Positions 16,629 to 24,699 are shown, counted from the stretch's first letter. The stretch is DNA of 64,000 bases from Akkermansia sp. (GCA_045538275.1 JAZSRB010000008.1:15750-79749); one strand, 5' to 3'. Notes: a model not told the origin generated them from the sequence alone. Translations and numbers: made by a program.

Positions 16629-17587
16629 ACAAAGCCCTCACATATCTGTGCGCGTTAGGGGGCATGGTCAGCAGCCTGCTCACCTCATGCTCCCACCAGG
16701 AGATTATAACGCCGGAAAAAACAACCCCCAGCTATGTTGCTATGGAGGTTAACTCCGGGCGTGTGCTTTACTCATCCAACTCCAACCTCAAGCGCCCCAT
16801 CGGCATGCTGACCAACCTGGCCACCGCCGTAGTCGTCATGGACTGGGTAAAGGCATACCAGGTGGACATGAACCGCCTCATCACCGTACCGGCAGGTGCT
16901 GTGGTCTGGCATCGCACCAACCTGCTCCGTCTGCGTGCGGGCGACAGCATCTCCGTGCGAGATGCTCTGTATTCCGCCCTCATGTGGGATGACAGCGCCT
17001 GCGCCACCACCCTGGCCTATGCTTGCGGCAGCAACCTGAGTACCAGCAACCCGGAGGGGGCCTTCATCGCCCAGATGAACAACCTCGCCCGCAAGCTGGG
17101 CATGACCTCCACCGTATTCAAGGGAACCAATGGAGCCGTCATCACCCAGTCATCTGCGCGAGATATGGCCCTGCTGGGCATCTACGCCACCAACGATACT
17201 GATTTGCTGGCCATTACTGCCCAGACCGGCTGCATCGTCACCATACACTCTGCCTCCGGCACACGCCGCCAGACCATCCGCAACAACAACAAGTTGCTCA
17301 GCGGCTCCGGTCATGTGGATGGGCTCAAGGTCGGGCAATCCCGCAGCGCAGGCAGCTGCCTCATGGTGACCGCACGCCGCGCCTCCGTAAAACGCATCAA
17401 CCCCTCCACCGGCAAAGAAGCTACCTTTGCGCAGCGTCTGCTGGTGGTCATGCTCGGCATGCCCTCCTCCAACACCCGCTACAAGGAAGCTGCCCGCTTC
17501 CTGCGCGATGGCTGGAACGCATGGGACGCATGGTTGCCCACTAACGATTACCTGGATAGAACAAAATTCATCATACTTCCCGAATAA
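16625..17587 (+). CDS. Peptidase S11 (D-Ala-D-Ala carboxypeptidase)-like lipoprotein with degenerate catalytic motifs
   Basis: Lipobox LTSC. S11-like segments (SGRVLY..N...RPI, MN..A..LGMT.T.F, DGLK.G....AG.CL). SxxK reads MLTN and KTG reads KVG. ATGA overlap with the upstream pfk paralog. Confidence 0.8.
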   Translation: MNKALTYLCALGGMVSSLLTSCSHQEIITPEKTTPSYVAMEVNSGRVLYSSNSNLKRPIGMLTNLATAVVVMDWVKAYQVDMNRLITVPAGAVVWHRTNLLRLRAGDSISVRDALYSALMWDDSACATTLAYACGSNLSTSNPEGAFIAQMNNLARKLGMTSTVFKGTNGAVITQSSARDMALLGIYATNDTDLLAITAQTGCIVTIHSASGTRRQTIRNNNKLLSGSGHVDGLKVGQSRSAGSCLMVTARRASVKRINPSTGKEATFAQRLLVVMLGMPSSNTRYKEAARFLRDGWNAWDAWLPTNDYLDRTKFIILPE

Positions 17588-17593
17588 AAGCTT

Positions 17594-18694
17594 ATGAACA
17601 TTGGTATTCTCAACGCCGGTGGCGACTGCCCCGGCCTCAACGCCGTGATTGAAGGTGCCGTTGGCGCCGCATCTGCCCGCGGGTGGACCGTCTATGGCTT
17701 CTATGATGGCTTTGAGGGCTTGCTCTCCACGCCTGAAAACGAACGCTGGCGCATCCTGACGCCCGAAAACTGCCTCAACATCCGCTCCACCGGCGGCACC
17801 ATCCTCGGCACGGTAAACAAAGGCAACTTCACCGTGAAAAGCGGTGTTGGCGGCCGTATGCAGATTGCGGAAGACGTGCTGGCCCGCAGCAAGGCAACCG
17901 TAGAACGCCTTGGCCTCTCAGCCCTCATCGTTGTGGGCGGCGATGGTTCCCAGACCATTGGTCAGGAACTCCGCCAGATAGGTCTGCCCATTGTGGGGGT
18001 GCCCAAGACCATTGATAACGACCTGGGAGCCACAGACTACACCTTCGGTTTCTGGACCGCTGTTTCCGTGGTCAGCAAGCAGCTCGACCGCCTGCGCACC
18101 ACAGCCTATTCTCACCAGCGCATCATGGTGGTGGAAGCCATGGGGCGCCACGCCGGCTGGATTGCCCTGTATGGCGGCATCTCCGGTGGTGCAGACGTGA
18201 TTCTCATCCCCGAGATTCCCTTCACCCTGGAAGACGTAGTGCGCAAGGTGGAACTCACCAAGGCCCTCGGCCAGCGCGAAATCATCATCGTGGTAAGTGA
18301 AGGCGCCACCATCGGCGGCAAACTCCTCACGCTGGATGAAGAGACCAAGGGCGAAGTACGCCTCGGCGGTATTGCCGCATTCCTCTCCACCAAGCTCGAG
18401 ACCCTCACAGGCATCGAAACCCGCTACTGCGTACTGGGCCACACCCAGCGCGGCGGCTCCCCGATTCCCTTCGACCGCGTACTCGGCGTGCGCTGCGGAG
18501 CCAAGGCTATCGACCTCATCGAGGAAGGCAAGTTCGGCGAAACCGTGGCCCTGCACCGCACCGACATGGTTTCCATGCCCATCGAAGAAGCCGTGCGTAC
18601 CCTGCACCTGGTGGACAGCAAGAGCCAGCTCATCGAAGCCGCCCGCGAAATCGGCATTTCCTTCGGTGATGCAGCCGATGCAGGCAACATCTGA
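17594..18694 (+). CDS. pfkA: 6-phosphofructokinase (G104/K124 mixed-substrate type)
   Basis: Intact GGDCPG, GGDGS, PKTIDND, MGRHAGW and LGHTQRGG. Confidence 0.93.
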   Translation: MNIGILNAGGDCPGLNAVIEGAVGAASARGWTVYGFYDGFEGLLSTPENERWRILTPENCLNIRSTGGTILGTVNKGNFTVKSGVGGRMQIAEDVLARSKATVERLGLSALIVVGGDGSQTIGQELRQIGLPIVGVPKTIDNDLGATDYTFGFWTAVSVVSKQLDRLRTTAYSHQRIMVVEAMGRHAGWIALYGGISGGADVILIPEIPFTLEDVVRKVELTKALGQREIIIVVSEGATIGGKLLTLDEETKGEVRLGGIAAFLSTKLETLTGIETRYCVLGHTQRGGSPIPFDRVLGVRCGAKAIDLIEEGKFGETVALHRTDMVSMPIEEAVRTLHLVDSKSQLIEAAREIGISFGDAADAGNI

Positions 18695-18720
18695 TACACC
18701 ATCACAATCCACCTCACATC

Positions 18721-18755
18721 CACCCGCCGCAGAGCACCTGCAGCGGGTGTTTTTA
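18721..18755 (+). terminator. Rho-independent terminator after pfkA
   Basis: cacccgccgcag/ctgcagcgggtg stem followed by a T-tract. Confidence 0.75.
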
Positions 18756-18766
18756 TTTGTCAGGGC

Positions 18767-18795
18767 TTGCAATTTCATGCGTATGTGCGTATAAT
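18767..18795 (+). promoter_or_regulatory. Sigma70-type promoter of the P-type ATPase
   Basis: TTGCAA-17 nt-TATAAT. Confidence 0.75.
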
Positions 18796-18811
18796 CAACG
18801 CCCCCGATCTT

Positions 18812-21709
18812 ATGAAAACCTACACCGACATCCACACCGGCCTGACCAGTGCCCAGGTAAAGGAAAGCCGCCAGCAGCATGGCAGCAACGAAATGACCCC
18901 ACCCAGCCGCGACCCATGGTGGGTGGAACTTGCCCGCAAATTTGCCGACCCGCTCATCGTCATCCTCCTGGCCGCAGCCGTCATCTCCTTCATCCCCGTC
19001 ATCCTTTCCCCCGGCGAGCACAGCCCCATCGAAAGCATCGGCATTCTCTGCGCCGTACTGCTCGCCACCACCGTGGGTTTTGTCAACGAATACCGCGCCA
19101 ACAAGGAATTCGACATCCTCAACAAAGTGAACGACGTCACCCCCGTGCGTGTACTGCGCGATGGCAAGCACACCATGGTGCCCAAAAATGAACTCGTGGT
19201 GGGTGATATCGTCACCCTCGAAACCGGTGTGGAAGTCCCGGCAGACGGCGTGGTGCTTGAATCCTCCTCCCTGCGCGTCAACCAGTCCTCCCTCACCGGC
19301 GAATCCGAACCCGTGCTCAAGCAACCCGGCGAGGGCGAGGAAACCCTCCCCGGCGCCTATCCGCGCAACGTGGTGCTGCGCAGCACCCTCGTGACCGATG
19401 GCCACGGCGTCATCTGCATCACCAAAGTGGGCGACCACACCGAAATTGGCAAGGTAGCCGAAGCCGCCACCAAGGAAAGCGGCGTCAAATCGCCGCTCAA
19501 CCTGCAGCTCGAGGGGCTCTCCCAGGCCATCAACGTGCTGGGCACCTCCATTGCCATGCTCCTCTTCGTCTCCCTCGTAGCACACGACGCGCTGCTGGGC
19601 AAATTCGTACTCACCACCAGCCAGTGGTACTACTTTGCCGCCCTCATCGCCGGCATTGCCGCCGCCACGCTGAAAATCTGGTATCCTGTGCTGCGAGACC
19701 TCCTCGGCTACATGAAGGTGCGCATCCCCTCCCCCGCCTGGGTGAAGCAGGGCGGCTTCGGCGCCTGGGGCAAGTGCCTCCTCACCGGTGCCATCATCTT
19801 CGGCGCTGCGCTGGCCGGCCTCATCTACAGCGGCATCCTGCCCGCCGACCCCGCCACCTGGATGCCCCAGGCCGCTGCGGATAAAATCCTCACCTACTTC
19901 ATGATTGCCATCACGCTCATCGTGGTTTCCGTGCCGGAAGGCCTGCCCATGAGCGTGACCCTGAGCCTGGCCTACAGCATGCGCAAAATGGCGAAGCAGA
20001 ACAACCTCGTGCGCGAAATGGACGCCTGCGAAACCATTGGTGCCGCCACCGTAGTCTGCTCCGATAAGACCGGCACCCTCACCATGAACCTCATGACCGT
20101 GCGCGAAGCCAACTTCCCCGGCGTGAACGAACAAGGTGCCGCCGCCCCCATCTTCCCCCTGCTCACCGAGGCCGTGGCCGCCAACTCCACCGCCGACCTC
20201 GATGAAGAAGGCAAGGTGCTCGGCAACGTGACCGAAGGCGCCATGCTCATGTACCTCAACGGCAAAGGCATCTCCTATGCCGATGCCCGCAGCAAGTTCA
20301 GCGTCATCGCCCAACTTCCCTTCCACACCCAGAACAAATTCATGGCCACCTGCGGCAACTCCGCCGTACTCGGTAAAGAGGTCATCTTCCTGAAAGGCGC
20401 ACCCGAGGTGGTACTTTCCAGGTGCTCCACAGCCTACGCCAGCGAGCTCACCGATGCCGCCCGCGAGGAAGTGCTCACCATCATCCGCACCGCCCAGCGC
20501 AAAGCCATGCGCGTGCTCGGCCTCGCCTACAAGGAAGGCCGAGCCGACACCCCCGAAGCAGTCAAGGAAGCCTGCACCGACCTCACCTGGCTGGGCTGCT
20601 TCGTCATCCAGGATCCTGTGCGCCCGGACGTTCCAGCCGCCGTGGCTTCCTGCCACAAAGCCGGCGTGGGGATCAAGATTGTAACCGGCGATAACTTCGA
20701 AACCGCCTGCCAGATTGGCCGCGAAATCGGTCTGCTGCCAGAGGGCGAACTGCCCCAGGGCGCCGTGCTCACCGGCGACCAGTTCGGCCAGCTCACCGAG
20801 CAGCAACTGCTCGATGGCGTGAATGACCTCCGCGTGCTCTCCCGCGCCAAACCCATGGACAAACTGCGCCTCGTCAACGCCCTGCAGGAAAAAGGCCACG
20901 TCGTCGCCGTCACCGGCGATGGCACCAACGATGCCCCCGCCCTCAACCATGCCGATGTAGGCCTCTCCATGGGCATCACCGGCACCTCCGTGGCCAAGGA
21001 AGCCTCCGATATCATCCTGCTGGATGACTCCTTCGCCTCCATCATCCGCGCCATCAAGTGGGGGCGCTCGCTCTACCGCAACATCCAGAAATTCATCGTC
21101 TTCCAGCTCACCGTGAACGTAGCTGCCTGCGGTATCGCCGCGCTGGGGCCCTTCATCGGCTGCGAGCTGCCCCTCACCGTCACGCAGATGCTCTGGGTCA
21201 ACCTCATCATGGACACCTTCGCCGCCCTGGCCCTCGCCTCCGAACCGCCCAGCGATGACGTCATGGAGCAGAAACCCCGCAACAAGTTCGCCTTCATCAT
21301 CACCCCCGCCATGTGGCGCTGGATTCTCTGCCTCGGCATCGGCTTCATCATCGCCCTGGTGAGCTACGTGAAGTGCATGCCCTCGCAGGAGCTTGAACCG
21401 GAAGCCTTCCGCCACTCCGTCACCCTGCTCTTCACCGGCTTTGTGATGCTGCAGTTCTGGAACCTGTTCAACGCCCGCGTCTACGGCACCAACAACAGCT
21501 TCGTGAACGGCATCTTTGCCAACCGCAGCTTCCTTTTCATCCTCGCCGTCATCCTCTTCGGCCAGGTACTGGCCACCCAGTTCGGTGGCGATATCTTCCG
21601 CACCGTGCCCCTCACGCTCTGCGAATGGCTCACCCTCGCCGCGGTCACCTGCCCGGTCCTCATCATCGGCGAAATCGTCCGCCTCATCGGCCGCGTCCGC
21701 GCCAGATAA
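18812..21709 (+). CDS. Calcium-translocating P-type ATPase (PMCA-like)
   Basis: LTGES actuator motif, VPEGLP, DKTGTLT phosphorylation site, KGAPE, TGDGTNDAPAL and QMLWVNLIMDT. Confidence 0.95.
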   Translation: MKTYTDIHTGLTSAQVKESRQQHGSNEMTPPSRDPWWVELARKFADPLIVILLAAAVISFIPVILSPGEHSPIESIGILCAVLLATTVGFVNEYRANKEFDILNKVNDVTPVRVLRDGKHTMVPKNELVVGDIVTLETGVEVPADGVVLESSSLRVNQSSLTGESEPVLKQPGEGEETLPGAYPRNVVLRSTLVTDGHGVICITKVGDHTEIGKVAEAATKESGVKSPLNLQLEGLSQAINVLGTSIAMLLFVSLVAHDALLGKFVLTTSQWYYFAALIAGIAAATLKIWYPVLRDLLGYMKVRIPSPAWVKQGGFGAWGKCLLTGAIIFGAALAGLIYSGILPADPATWMPQAAADKILTYFMIAITLIVVSVPEGLPMSVTLSLAYSMRKMAKQNNLVREMDACETIGAATVVCSDKTGTLTMNLMTVREANFPGVNEQGAAAPIFPLLTEAVAANSTADLDEEGKVLGNVTEGAMLMYLNGKGISYADARSKFSVIAQLPFHTQNKFMATCGNSAVLGKEVIFLKGAPEVVLSRCSTAYASELTDAAREEVLTIIRTAQRKAMRVLGLAYKEGRADTPEAVKEACTDLTWLGCFVIQDPVRPDVPAAVASCHKAGVGIKIVTGDNFETACQIGREIGLLPEGELPQGAVLTGDQFGQLTEQQLLDGVNDLRVLSRAKPMDKLRLVNALQEKGHVVAVTGDGTNDAPALNHADVGLSMGITGTSVAKEASDIILLDDSFASIIRAIKWGRSLYRNIQKFIVFQLTVNVAACGIAALGPFIGCELPLTVTQMLWVNLIMDTFAALALASEPPSDDVMEQKPRNKFAFIITPAMWRWILCLGIGFIIALVSYVKCMPSQELEPEAFRHSVTLLFTGFVMLQFWNLFNARVYGTNNSFVNGIFANRSFLFILAVILFGQVLATQFGGDIFRTVPLTLCEWLTLAAVTCPVLIIGEIVRLIGRVRAR

Positions 21710-21733
21710 TGAGTCCAGCCGCCTCCGCCTTCC

Positions 21734-21765
21734 AACCGCCGCTTCCCCGGAAGCGGCGGTTTTTA
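21734..21765 (+). terminator. Rho-independent terminator after the P-type ATPase
   Basis: aaccgccgcttcc-cc-ggaagcggcggtt followed by Ts. Confidence 0.8.
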
Positions 21766-21874
21766 TCCTCGTGCACCTCCTGCAATCCCATAACAATAAT
21801 TTTTTCCTGGTAAGCGCATGCTTCCTGTGTCATACAGCGCGTTTATTGAGCGTACAGAAAGAAGCACATTTGCC

Positions 21875-21904
21875 TTGTGCTGTTTTGTTGTTCTGTGGTA
21901 CACT
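21875..21904 (+). promoter_or_regulatory. Putative promoter of the small ORF, overlapping a LexA-box-like palindrome
   Basis: TTGTGC-18-TACACT with extended -10 TGn. TGTTC-tgtg-GTACA at 21889-21902 overlaps the -10. Confidence 0.55.
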
Positions 21905-21948
21905 CCGCATGCCGCCTGGTGCGGCAAAAGCCAGGCGGCATATAAACA

Positions 21949-22047
21949 ATGAAATTAGTAATCATGCGCCTGACGGCAGCCCACCTTAACCCGGTGCTGG
22001 CTGAGCAACTAATCTGGATTCTCTTCGTTGCGTTCCAGAGGTGTTAG
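21949..22047 (+). CDS. Small hydrophobic peptide (32 aa), candidate type I toxin
   Basis: MKLVIMRLTAAHLNPVLAEQLIWILFVAFQRC*. Preceded by an 11-bp perfect 5' hairpin (21909-21941) containing the SD-like AGGCGG, and followed by its own terminator. Confidence 0.6.
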   Translation: MKLVIMRLTAAHLNPVLAEQLIWILFVAFQRC

Positions 22048-22054
22048 AATCCAC

Positions 22055-22098
22055 GCCCCGCCCCGGAAAACCGGGGCGGGGCAAAATCTTTTTTTTTT
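22055..22098 (+). terminator. Terminator of the small-ORF mRNA
   Basis: 12-bp perfect stem gccccgccccgg-aaaa-ccggggcggggc followed by a long T-run. Confidence 0.75.
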
Positions 22099-22105
22099 AC
22101 ACATC

Positions 22106-22134
22106 TTGACTTTACCCTCCAACTGTGCTTTAAT
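22106..22134 (+). promoter_or_regulatory. Sigma70-type promoter of the putative sRNA
   Basis: TTGACT-17 nt-TTTAAT. Confidence 0.7.
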
Positions 22135-22140
22135 CATTCC

Positions 22141-22219
22141 CAGCGGGAAACCGCTGTTACTAATTTCATTTATATCAGCCCCCGGGTGTTGCCGCACCGC
22201 TAACGGGGGCTTTTTCTTT
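22141..22219 (+). ncRNA. Putative ~80-nt sRNA, candidate antitoxin
   Basis: Own promoter, 5' hairpin cagcgg-GAAA-ccgctg, AU-rich linker and terminator agcccccg...cgggggct-TTTTCTTT. No ORF. 14-nt and 10-nt perfect complementarity to the upstream small-ORF mRNA. Confidence 0.65.
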
Positions 22220-22610
22220 GGTTAGTGATAGCACCAGCACGTAGAAAAGCCCGCTTGCCCAGATAATCCATAAAGCGCGTGAATGCCCGCTTGCGGTTGC
22301 TCTCTGTCTTAGCTCCAGCCTGTCCCTGAAACTCGGTAAGATACTCGCGAACGGTAGGCATCTTGCCACCCATGCCGCTTGCCTGCGCCACAGAGCGCAA
22401 GGCATCAGCGGCTTGCAGGTAGGTAGTCTGCCCCTTGGCAAGGCGTTCCATGCCGTCCGCTACTTCCTGCGCGAGCTTCTGGGCTTGTCTGGCAGACATG
22501 CCGTCCCTGCCCTTAACGGGTACGCCCGTAGACTTGCGTATCTTCTTGCCGTCCTGCTTCCAGCACGCAACGTAAACGCAGCTGCCCTGTCTTGTTTCAG
22601 TCCATGCCAT
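22200..22610 (-). pseudogene. 3'-truncated tyrosine integrase (N-terminal arm-binding/core-binding part only)
   Basis: Beta-rich N-terminus (VYVACWKQDGKKIRKSTG), then helices and PTVREYL.EF...KT..NRK.A..RF..YLG. No catalytic R-H-R-Y domain. Directly downstream of a tRNA 3' end. The family assignment is by resemblance only. Confidence 0.65.
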
Positions 22611-22645
22611 AATGTGTATGCTGTGGGGTTATCTTTTCTCCGATA

Positions 22646-22745
22646 TGTGCCCCCTGCAAGAGGTGTGTCCCCGGGGGGGGTCCCCTGTGTGTCCCCTCCT
22701 GTGGGCTTATCTGTGTCCCCACGCTACCACAGCAATATGTGCCCC
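22646..22745. repeat. Five direct copies of TGTGYCCCC (putative integrase arm-type sites)
   Basis: Copies at 22646, 22664, 22688, 22712 and 22738 (the last is 8/9), between the tRNA 3' end and the integrase start. Confidence 0.7.
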
Positions 22746-22815
22746 TACAAGATAAAAAATCGCGCTGTAAAGGGACTACGTCCTCTACAGCGCGTTATTT
22801 TCAGTATATTTTGAG

Positions 22816-22889
22816 TTGCGGGAGCAGGATTTGAACCTGCGGCCTTCAGGTTATGAGCCTGACGAGCTACCTGGCTGCTCCATCCCGCG
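22816..22889 (-). tRNA. tRNA-Met(CAT), initiator type (fMet)
   Basis: CGCGGGATGGAGCAGCCAGGTAGCTCGTCAGGCTCATAACCTGAAGGCCGCAGGTTCAAATCCTGCTCCCGCAA. C1:A72 mismatch and CAT anticodon. CCA not encoded. Confidence 0.95.
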
Positions 22890-22969
22890 ATTTTATCAGG
22901 TCACCCTTGCCGGGTGCGACAGGAATATACCACCGGATTCCCGATGCGTCAAGTCCTTTTTGAAAAAAA

Positions 22970-23647
22970 TTAATTTTTTCCTTTGGCTCGCCAATTCTGG
23001 GTCAGAATATCCACCGCAGTCTGGTTGCCGGCCTCAGCGGCATTGACGAGCCACCCCATCATCAGCTCCTCATTCTTAGGCACCCCCTTGCCCGTGGCGT
23101 AGCAAGTGCTGAGCATGAGGCAGGCCTCGCCGTCCCCCTGCATGGCAGCATAGCGCAGGTAGCGGATTCCCTCTGCCTCGCTGGCATTCTTGGCCGTACC
23201 ATTCAAATGCATGCGCGCCAGCATAAGCTGCGCTGGCACCGAATCATCATCGGCCATGCGTTCCAGCCATTTGAGAGCCCCCGGCAGATTCCCTGCCCGG
23301 GCCTCCATCTGCACCAGCGTGTGGCAAGCATCCTCATTTCCCGCGTCAACAGCCGCAGCATACCACTTTCGGGCCTTGGGAAGCGAGCGTTTCACCCCGA
23401 TACCGCGCTCATAGCAAAGCCCCATGGCCGCCATGGCACGGGGTTCACGGCTTTCTGCCGCCCTGGAAAACCAGCGGAAAGCGTGCTTGTACGAGCGGAT
23501 AGCCCCTTTCTGCCCGGTAAGCAGACGGCGGCCGTATTCATACTGAGCCACAGGATCCCCCGCCACGGCAGAGCGCCGAAGCTTGTAGATGCCGTGGCAA
23601 CTGGTCAACACCAGCAGCACCCCGGCTATGAGCCAGAGCTTTTTCAT
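22970..23647 (-). CDS. Sel1-repeat lipoprotein
   Basis: Lipobox LTSC and Sel1 repeats (AQYEYGRRLLTG, AMAAMGLCYERGIGV, ACLMLSTCYATGKGV). Confidence 0.9.
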   Translation of the reverse strand: MKKLWLIAGVLLVLTSCHGIYKLRRSAVAGDPVAQYEYGRRLLTGQKGAIRSYKHAFRWFSRAAESREPRAMAAMGLCYERGIGVKRSLPKARKWYAAAVDAGNEDACHTLVQMEARAGNLPGALKWLERMADDDSVPAQLMLARMHLNGTAKNASEAEGIRYLRYAAMQGDGEACLMLSTCYATGKGVPKNEELMMGWLVNAAEAGNQTAVDILTQNWRAKGKN

Positions 23648-24435
23648 CTGAAATAATTCTGTTGTTTCTCACTAATGGGCATTCCCAGGCGTTCCATAAC
23701 CGCCAGCATATCCTCCCACAGTGCGCGGCGGGCTGAGAGCGCCTCATTACGCAGCAGGTAACTGGGGTGGTAAGTCACACGTACCGGCACGCCCTGGCAT
23801 TCCAGCCATTGGCCGCGCAGCGCATTCACCCCCTGTTGAGTTCCCAGCAACCCCTTGGCCGAACTGCCACCCAGGCACACAATGCAGGCAGGCTGAATCG
23901 CACGGATTTCTGCCATGATAAGCGGGGCGCACGCCGCCAGCTCCTCCGGGCCGGGTGGTCGGTTGGCCGTGCCCTGGTTTTCCCCCATGGAGGGGCGGAA
24001 CTTACACACGTTGGAGATATACACATCCTCGCGCCGAAGCCCCATGGTTCCCAGAATCTTCGTAAGCAACTGCCCGGCAGGCCCCACAAAAGGCTCACCC
24101 TGGCGCTCTTCCTCATATCCGGGAGCTTCGCCCACCAGCATAAGCTTCGCGTGCGGATTCCCCACGGCAAACACCATGGTCTCGCGCAGCGTACCCAGCC
24201 GCCGGGCGGGTTTCCAGTCCGCAGCCTTGCGCCGCAGCACATCAAGCTTCTCCTCCACGCTCATTTCCGGCGCAACCGGGGGCGGCATTGAAACAGGAGC
24301 CGGGGTACCGCGCCTGGCCGCCAGCATCCACTCGCGCAGAATCCCGCGGGCATCATCATCCACCGCCAGACGCTGCTGCCCCCCTTCCACCATGTGAGTA
24401 AGAGATTCCACCGCAAGTTGCTTGAGCGTAGGCAT
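23644..24435 (-). CDS. udg: Uracil-DNA glycosylase, family 4
   Basis: LVGEAPG.EE..QG.PFVGPAG, YISNVCKFRP and TYHPSYLLR. Confidence 0.93.
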   Translation of the reverse strand: MPTLKQLAVESLTHMVEGGQQRLAVDDDARGILREWMLAARRGTPAPVSMPPPVAPEMSVEEKLDVLRRKAADWKPARRLGTLRETMVFAVGNPHAKLMLVGEAPGYEEERQGEPFVGPAGQLLTKILGTMGLRREDVYISNVCKFRPSMGENQGTANRPPGPEELAACAPLIMAEIRAIQPACIVCLGGSSAKGLLGTQQGVNALRGQWLECQGVPVRVTYHPSYLLRNEALSARRALWEDMLAVMERLGMPISEKQQNYFR

Positions 24436-24470
24436 AGTGGCATTCTAGCACATATGCAAGAGATAGCAAG

Positions 24471-24652
24471 GAATTTTGAATGTAGAATTGGGATTTTGAA
24501 TACATTGATTCCGGCAGACTGACGCCTGTGGAATAAGCGATATGCGAACTTGCAGCTCGCCCGGCTTAAGTTCGGAATATATGAAAATCTGCTATGCGCA
24601 GCGCAGGGAATTGTATACATTCTACATCCAGAATTCTACTCTCTACATTCAA
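24471..24652. repeat. Heptad-flanked intergenic element with 11-bp terminal inverted repeat
   Basis: TTGAATGTAGA (24476) / TCTACATTCAA (24642). GAATNNN heptads on the left, ATTCTAC heptads on the right, internal short hairpins. Confidence 0.55.
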
Positions 24653-24670
24653 CATAGACATATTGTCCGC

Positions 24671-24699
24671 TTGACGCCGAATTTCGCATCTGCTAGAAT
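24671..24699 (+). promoter_or_regulatory. Sigma70-type promoter of the methyltransferase (leaderless geometry)
   Basis: TTGACG-17-TAGAAT with extended TGn. ATG begins 8 nt after the end of the -10. Confidence 0.7.

Noticed and set aside
17918-21796. 1292-aa antisense ORF opposite pfkA and the P-type ATPase
   Set aside because: Shadow frame caused by strong GC3 codon bias of the real + strand genes; no recognisable motifs.
21826-21838. E. coli-type SOS box CTGT...ACAG
   Set aside because: The spacer is 5 nt, not 8.
21818-21952. 44-codon ORF (MLPVSYSAFIERT...) overlapping the candidate toxin promoter
   Set aside because: No RBS or promoter, and it overlaps the -35/-10 and 5' hairpin; most likely incidental. 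A leader-peptide role is not excluded but is unsupported.
21700-22200. Second att core (duplicate of the tRNA-fMet 3' end)
   Set aside because: No copy of TTGCGGGAGCAGG or a substantial part of it was found by eye on the distal side, so the element boundary remains undefined.
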